From: Macrostomum lignano
Lineage: Eukaryota
NCBI GenBank assembly: GCA_002269645.1
Contig: NIVC01001176.1
Coordinates: forward strand, 186,001-250,000
DNA length: 64,000 nucleotides
Reading direction: 5' to 3'
The first letter of the stretch is position 1. Every line of letters starts with the position of its first letter. The notes under the pieces were generated by a model. It worked only from the letters and a program-made list of their open reading frames with translations, did no database searches and was not told where the DNA came from. Made by a program: the position numbers and the translations under genes. Positions 56,458 through 64,000 of the stretch are shown here, one piece after another.

Positions 56458-58529
56458 AAGTGTAAAACAAACATGTTTTATTAATAAAGAAACTTTATAA
56501 AGGTTCACAGGAACAAGAGCTTTATGAGCTACTCAATTTATGATAATTGAGTAAATTGTAAGTTTTTCTGCAATATAATTGTAAGAATGCCAAGTACAAA
56601 AATGTCCTATCACTCTACTGACACAAGTGGCATTTGAAGCTTTTATATCTTGCTTATATATCTAGCTTATAATCCTAGACAAGCCTAGAATTACATGCAT
56701 GGGAACTATATATGTTATATATACAGCAAGTCATAATTCATACAATAAGTCATAAGCCAAGTCATTTTAAGCCTCAGTTTTTGTGCCAAATTTAACTTTG
56801 TAGGGCTTAGATTCCCCACTGCCGCGAGGTTCAAACATTATTTGGCAGCTAGGGGGGGGGGGGGTGGGGTATCCCAATATAGCAAATTGAAATTGTCATG
56901 CAAAATTAGATTGTAAGAATTGTAACTCCATAAATGTATACTACCCTACTTATACAAGTAGCACTATGAGCGCATCATAATTGAATAAATTGTAAGTTTT
57001 TCTGCAATATAGTTGTAAGAATGTCAAGTACAAAAATGTCCTATCATTCTACTGACAGAATTAGCATTTGAAGCTTATAAAAATTAAACAAATTGTAATT
57101 TTCCACCAAATGAAATTGTAATTTGAGTCAATTGCCTCAAGAAAATTGCAAGGTTCAAAATTTTTGCGCAATTTGGGGGGTCATGTGAACAATGCACACC
57201 TGCCTGCCTGACCTGTCGGTGTCGGCAATAGGAAATTTGCCAGCAACGTCATTGACTTGTATTGACTTGGCGTGAAGGAATCCGCAAGTTCCATCAGATT
57301 CTCCCCAGTGTTCCGTGTGCCAAAATGATATATGTTTGGTAGCTATGATAGCTATGCCATGATAAATTGGTATGGCTATATTTATTACATTACTAAAACT
57401 TTTACAGCTACAATTTAGCTGATATTTGGTCTTCTCTTTGCTTTAGCTTTATTTAAAATTTTAGCTTTCCCTTACTAATATAGTGTAGTTTTCAGAAAAT
57501 TCTATATTCTTTAAAACAAAAAGCTGCGCAAGTTTGCAAGCATAGGGCCTATGAATATTTTATTATTTTATACACAAAATGCTTTTTATACAAAAAATTG
57601 TCTTTGAGTATTATAACCTAATATTAGCTCAATTTTTATACCAAAGAGCTTGCTTGCACAATAGCCATGCACATATACCTATTATTGAATTGCATGCATG
57701 GCACAGCAGCTAGCAATTGATTTAATCAATTTTAATCAATTGAGAATTGGGGTCCTTAAATCAATGCATTGGCATTGGCAAACCTAATTAAAAATTATTG
57801 TTATTAGATTGTTTTATAATGTTATATCGCACATAAAGAATAAAACTAAAATTATAACTATTATTATAAATATAAACCTACAATAGGTGTAATCTGGGCT
57901 AATTCCATCAATGGGACATTGGCCTAGAATAACTAGTAGAAAGAAGTAGAAAGATAGGCATAGATAAGCATAATAGGCTTACTTAAAAGTCAAAGCCCTT
58001 AGCTAAAAGTTAGTCATAAAGCCTAAGTTGTAAGACCTACCAGGTCCAGGCCTAATATTGGAGAAAGACTAGAGATTAGAGCCAATGAATATAGAATTAA
58101 AGCATTAACAAAAATGCAATAGTTAAGTTTCAAAACAGAAGTAAATGAGTTCTTGTAGTTTTAAATATTTAAGAAATATGTTTTGTAAATAGACAAACAA
58201 TTAAACTCTTTGTGTCTAACTTTGTGCACTACTTGAGCATCAGGAAGCTAATAGTATAATGACAATCCTTTCCTTATATGCCAAGTTGTTTTGTTTAATG
58301 TAACAATTTTGTTTCCATAAGACACAAATGCAAAGACTGCATTTCTACCAATTCCATATATCACCAGAACCCTTATGTTTGAGATCTTGATAGAAGCTAA
58401 CATAAGGCAGGTGCAAATTTCATTTATAGTTAAGTTTCAAAACAGAAAAGCAAATGAGTAGTACAGATTCAAATCTCATTTAATCTTGATGAATTAACAC
58501 TTTAACACTTTCAACAATTATTAAGGAGT

Positions 58530-61500
58530 ATGCCGCCGAAAGGACCTGGAAGGAAGCCTAAACGCGCTACCTACGGGCGTCCATTCGAGTCTAAAACGAA
58601 GCCGCCAGCCGCCGCTATTGATTGCAAGACAGGCGAACCTGCTGCTGCTGCTGCTGCTGCTACTGCTCTTGAGCCTGAATCAAGCACACCTGCTGTCGCT
58701 ACTGTTGTATCTGAAGTTACAAATTTCGCAGTTGCTGCTGCTGATTCTGGTGGTTCTGACAATGTTGTTGCTGCTGAAGATGCGACTGTAGACTATGAAT
58801 TGCGCAATGCTGCTGCTGCTTTGAAGGAGAGTGGATTGTGTGACGAAACTCGCGGTAAGCTTGTGTTACTCCTTGCCATTGCCAACTTTCACATACGAAT
58901 AGATTGTAACGGAACTGGAATATAGCATTTTGCAGTCAAGTTTGAACTGCGGGCATTCAAATTAGACAAGAAGGGAAGAGCCAAATTTCAGAATCCGTCC
59001 CCAAGTCAAGCAGAACTTTATGTCTGTGGCACAAACTGAAACACACTGACGGGCACTCAATTTAGACAACGGGCATTCAAATTAGACAAGCAGCGGAAAG
59101 TCTATGTGTGCCAGAGAGAAAGACCATGGACAATCCGATTCGTCGCTATGCAAAAATTTCCAGAGAGAAGCGTGACCTCATTATTGGGGCATGCCAACGT
59201 GGTGACTCTGTGGTTGAAATTGCCAACATGTTGGATGTCAAGAGATCATCAGTGTACAACAGACGCAATACGATCTTGAATTGCCCAGCCAATGCGCCTG
59301 AGAACTTGTCTAATTTGAATGCCCCTTGTCTAAATTGAGTGCCCACCAGTGTGATTTTGTCTAGGCCATAGATAGCATTTGTGCCAGCAGTGAGATCTGG
59401 TCAAGCGTCTAATTTGAATGCCCGCAGTTCAAACTTGACTGCAAAATGCTATAGTTGGATTCAGATGTCATGAAAGTTGGATGATAAAGTTTAGAATGCT
59501 GTTTTAATGTATATGCTTGAATTATAAGCCTATAACTTTGTATTATACTCACCCTAATGTGCTTCAGACTGCCCAATTGCTGTTGTCGTGTCTACTACTG
59601 ATGAATTAGCAGGACAACAAACTGAATTGGACGAAGCTGCTGCTGCACTCAGAGAAGCAGGTTTTGGCCACACTGACGGTAAGCCTGCCTTAGTTTAGTG
59701 TCTATTCTGGGTGGCATAGTTTTTTAAATCAAGATTTTGAAATTTAATATAATAAATGCTAATATAGAATCTACAAGTATTAAGATTGGAATGTTTGGCC
59801 ATATCTCAGATTTCTCAATGGAGACATTCCACAACTGTTAATTTGTATTTCGTCAATTTAGCATTTTAGAGAAAAGCGATTTTGAAAAGTCATGGTTCGA
59901 ACAAGGAATATTCTTTCATCAATATTTAAAGCGCCATTATCAAACCAGTCTCGTTAGAGTATTTTTTGCTGGTTGGGTGGGTTTTTATGGAAAATTAAGA
60001 TTAATAGTTTCAGTTTTGGAAGTGGGGTTTTCGGTAGTCACTTAAGTCACTGCAGCTATAAGTGGTTTGAGGGTTGTAAAGCACTAGCACTATAGTTCTG
60101 TAAAAGCAGACAGACCAAGTGGTAAGCTGATCCAATTTTTTGTTACAAAAAGTGCATGTCTTTTAACTTCAAAGGTGTCGCGACTCTGGAAGACGACACA
60201 GAGGACCGAGTGAGTCTGGCGAGGCTACAAGTTGGCCGTGCCCCACAATGGGTGCCCTTGTCTGCCTGCTGGCTGAAGCGCATCGCAGGTGATGGAAACT
60301 GCTTCTTTTCGGCTCTGTCGGATCAATTGCAAGGCACAGCTTTGGAAATGAACGCAGATAATCTTCGACAAGCGCTGGCAATTCAGCTAGAGAATTGGAT
60401 CGACAGTGCGGAGAACGACACTGGCATTTCCGAAGCAGAGTGGCGCGATTTGTTGGAAAAGACCAAACGGAAAGGCGAATATGTTTCTGACCACGTGGCT
60501 TCAGCAGCAGCTAGACTGCTTGGCATTGAGATCTATGTGTACCAGAACATGGACGCTGGTTCTAATCTCGACGGCATTTATCTAGGCCCAGTCGGTGTGG
60601 AACCGCGAGCGACAGTTCGATTGCATTTCAATCGGCAAACTGAGCATTACCAGTCGGTACATGTGCGCCAATCGTCTCGTCTAGCCGCTGAGGATGATGG
60701 TGCAGCCAAGATGATGCCGCCGCCGCCGCCTCCTGCCATTCCGATGCAGAGTGTTGCGCAGAAAGTGCAAGAATGGAAAGAAGTGAAATGTAACCGACGA
60801 GCATGCAGGAGGGTACTAGGTGCGGCTGCGACTGATGTGGACAACAAGTTTAGCATTAGAGTCGACGAGAATCGGTTCAATGTACTATGGAATGTCGACC
60901 TAGATGCGGAAGAGGAGGAGCCCAATCTCTCTGTGTGTAGCGGCGATGATTCAACCAGCAAGGTTTCGTCGAGTGTTTCGCGGCGGAGTCGTCGAAATCG
61001 AAGTGTTCCCAGTTGTCCTACGCGACGTAGCAGTCGTTTAAGCGCGAAAGCGTGCAACAGCAGCAATGCGTCTGTATTGTCGTCAACAGAAGCTTCTGAC
61101 AGTTGCGCTTCAAGTGTAGTTCGACGCCGAAAGCGAATTGTCAAGCCTGGCAGTCCAACGCGTCGAAGCGAGCGATTACTAGCCAAGAAAAGGCGCATAG
61201 AAGAAGGTGACGCTTCCTCAGTTAGTACATCAAATTTAAGCAGCATTGGAGAGGCTGCAGAGTCCGATAAAATGAGCAATGTTTCGTCGAGTGTTTCGCG
61301 GCGGAGTCGTCGAAATGGAAGTGTTCCCAGTTGTCCCACGCGGCGTAGCAGTCGTCTAATCGCGAAAGCGTGTGGCAGCAGCAATGCGTCTGTATTGTCG
61401 TCAGAAGCATCTGAAAGTTGCGTTTCAAGTGCAGATCGACAGCAAAAGCGAGTTGTCAAGCCTGGCAGTCCAACGCGTCGAAGCGAGCGATTACTAGCCA

Positions 61501-64000
61501 ACAAAAGGCGCATAGAAGAAGGTGACGCTTCTTCAGTTGGTAAATCGAATTTAAGCAGCATTGGATCGGCTGCAGAGTCTGACAAAATGAGCTGCATTGC
61601 ACGGGAGGAAGAAGTCGAGTTGGCAAGTGTAGTTCTAGAAGAGAGCAATGATCATCAGCGACCGACAAAGACCAAGACTCGACAAAGAGAAGGACAAAAT
61701 GTTCAAAGTGAGAGTCGAAGTTCACCAAGAAAAAAGGCCAGTAATGAGCAGTCCATACCAGATACTGTTTTAGAAGCATCGCCGACAAAATGCAGGCGTA
61801 AACCGGACAACCTTGAAGAGGGTCGTTCTTCGCCTAGAAAGAAGGCACACATTGAACAGCAGCAGCAGCAGCAACGAGTTGAAATTGAGTCCGAAGTGCC
61901 AGAAATCCAGCACGTTGCGGAAGAAGAACCCAATTCTGATTTTGAAGAGCAAAACGCTAGCAATATCAGTTTGCCGCAATGTCTTCGCAATCCTTTTACT
62001 AAACAGTACAAGAAGATGCGAGTTGACTTCTTTCAAGAATGCATATCGAAGCTGAGTAATCTGAAACGATGCTTAGTATGTAAAGAAAAATTTCCCGGCA
62101 TTTTCATTAAGCACAATAGTGATGTAGCTTGCCATCGATGTCTTCGAGATTCTGGAAAGCCGAAGCTGTTTAGTGACGAAAATAATGCCAATCCAATGTG
62201 TGAGCAGCCGGAAGAACTACGCGATTTGTCAGTTGCGGAGCAAATGTTGATTTCGCCGATATTGTCTGTTATTGTAGTCTATCGGTTGTTTCCGCAAGGC
62301 CAGCATGCTTCGAGAGGGCATGGAATCATGTTTCCGCAGGATCAGGCAAGCGTTGTGAGAGAATTGCCGAGACGAACTCTACCTGTGGTGCTGATGTATG
62401 ACAAAAAGCTGCAAAACAATCCTGGCAGTACAGTTACGGGAGCGATGAACAATCTGCGAGTGAGACGCGACAAGGTGTTGAATGCAATCAGGTATCTGAT
62501 TAATAATAATCAATATTTTCAACGATTTTCTGTCGGTATTGATCGCGAAGCGTTGAATTCGTTGCCAGAGAATGGATATGCGCAGCAAATCAATGAAATG
62601 GTTAATCAAATGGACACTCAAGATGTCAATGTTGATCTGGATGCGGCTGAAGAGGAAGCCAGACAGCCAGATGAAGATGAGCAAAGGCAACAAATGGAAG
62701 AAGCTCAGTTGGAAGAGACGACAAGCGCTTTGCTGAATACGCCATTGCGTCGTTTGGAAGTAAAGATTCGCGATCGTTTGCTAGAAGAGAAATTGCAATG
62801 GCCAAGATCGAGCCGAGTACCGGTGAATGAATTCGAACAAGAAGGCTTGTTTAGTCTGGCCTATCCTCACCTATTTCCTGACGGCAAAGGCGACTACAAG
62901 ACTCCGCGAGTGCGTTCGATAGGCCTGGGCGACTATGCGAAGCACTTGATGCAGTTTCACTGCTCGAGATTTCGTTGCGATCCTCGCTTTCGCTTTTTCA
63001 TTGAGAACATGGTGATGCGTTGGAGAGCATTGGAAGTTGGACGAGTATTTGTGCACGACAAGAATTTGGCTGGCTTAAGTGCGCCAGAGATGCTGGAGAA
63101 GCTGAAAGACCCAGCGGTGATGTCCAGCGTGTCAGCCAGAGCATCAGAGTTGCGTGGAACAGCCAGCTATTGGCAAAGCAAGCGTAGACAATTGGAAGCA
63201 ATGATTAAAACAATTGGTTTGCCGCACTATTTTGTGACGTTATCCGCGGCGGATATTCAGTGGCCAGAGTTGTTGCAAGCTTGGCAAATCGAAGAAGACG
63301 TCGACAATGATAATTGGCAAGAAATCCGAGACGAGTTGCGTTCCAGACTGCAAAAGGATCCTGGCATGGCGGATACTGTGTTTTGGATTCGTTTTGAATT
63401 GTTTTTGCAAAGATTTTTTGTTCAGCACTGGAAAGTAAAGGACTTTTGGTTTCGCATCGAGTATCAGAGTCGAGGAAGCCCGCATGTTCATGGCTGCGTT
63501 TGGATGCCGGACGGAGTGGATGTGACTTCGGAATCCTTGCAAGCAGAAGATTTGGTTGCCTTTGTGGACAACCACATTTGCAGTTGGAACACGTGCATGG
63601 ACGAATCAGATAGCGGTCGCGAAATTTCGTCTGGCGGAGTAGGAGCGGAGCCGGCTCGATTGAAGCCGTCCGAAATTAAGGACGATAAAGCTGATTTGCA
63701 AGCACTTCTTCACAACAACATGAGGCACTCAAGGTACAGTAATCGGTGCCTACGAAAGGAAAAGAACGGCTCTTTGAAATGTCGATACAAATATCCGCGA
63801 GATACGCAGACAAAGACTGTCGCCAAAAAGCTGTCGAGTTTAAACTGGAAGGTTGAGACGCAGCGCAACGACCAATATATTGGCATGTACAATCCTCAAG
63901 TACTGTGCATGTGGAGAGCTAACCTAGACATTCAGATGATTTCTTCGGCCAAAGATTTGATTCGCTATTTGATCAAGTATGCAAGCAAAGGAGAGAAGGA
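58530..64000 (+). CDS. Helitron (Helitron2/Helentron-like) RepHel gene with N-terminal OTU domain; spliced; runs off the window (exons 58530-58854, 59568-59678, 60175->64000)
   Basis: OTU GDGNCFF...EHY; CxxC..CxxC; PEELRDLS.AEQMLI; PVNEF..AYPHLFP.GKGD; HUH motifs FVTLS, EYQSRGSPHVHGCVW, YLIKYASKGE; phase-1 GT-AG junctions; same frame from 60177 to the end. Confidence 0.93.
58923..59451. mobile_element. Tc1/mariner-like internally deleted element in Helitron intron 1
   Basis: ~45-bp perfect TIRs (TAGCATTTTGCAGTCAAGTTTGAACTGCGGGCATTCAAATTAGAC), TA TSD; HTH remnant ISREKRDLII..GDSVVEIANMLDVKRSSVY. Confidence 0.88.
60963..61593 (+). repeat. 318-bp (106-aa) in-frame tandem duplication inside RepHel
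   Basis: GTTTCGTCGAGTGTTTCGCGGCGGAGTCGTCGAAAT at 60963 and 61281. Confidence 0.92.

Noticed and set aside
60647-63892. Minus-strand ORFs such as the 333-aa ORF at 60647-61648
   Set aside because: Antisense to the RepHel exon, which carries all the recognisable motifs.

Overview
Eukaryotic, animal-like genomic window (GT-AG introns, AT-rich spacers) made almost entirely of nested mobile elements and endogenous virus-like DNA. I found no rRNA, tRNA or CRISPR array. (1) 1269-17164 is a boundary-complete but decayed Polinton/Maverick (adintovirus-like) element with AGTAG...CTACT termini, a perfect 6-bp TSD (CCATTG) and long TIRs. It carries a retroviral-type integrase, PLA2, a pX-like protein, pPolB split by a LINE, an adenain-type protease, a GasderminX-like protein, and major and minor capsids. 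No packaging ATPase is recognisable, and its left end is a sister-lineage copy of the right end. This Polinton, a second LINE (17405-19106) and a hAT MITE all interrupt one small spliced HMG-box-like gene that can be rebuilt across 18 kb. (2) About 22107-29983 is a PIF/Harbinger element (transposase plus Myb/SANT gene) with ~1-kb TIRs and a 2-kb insertion. (3) 33-52.5 kb is an accessory mosaic. It holds fragments of a second related Polinton; a 5.2-kb element with ~520-bp TIRs carrying an intronless dUTPase and a PC4-like gene; three PC4-like paralogues; a duplicated hairpin-centred bidirectional promoter; a spliced gene for the N-terminal region of a second pPolB type; and a 1.5-kb foldback. 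This cluster is the best candidate for an undescribed virus-like system. (4) 58530 to the window end is a spliced Helitron RepHel gene with OTU, repeated HMGN-like RRSxRL motifs and HUH Rep motifs. It is missing from the ORF track because it runs off the window. All family calls come from motif recognition by eye with no database search, and reference protein sequences are quoted from memory.
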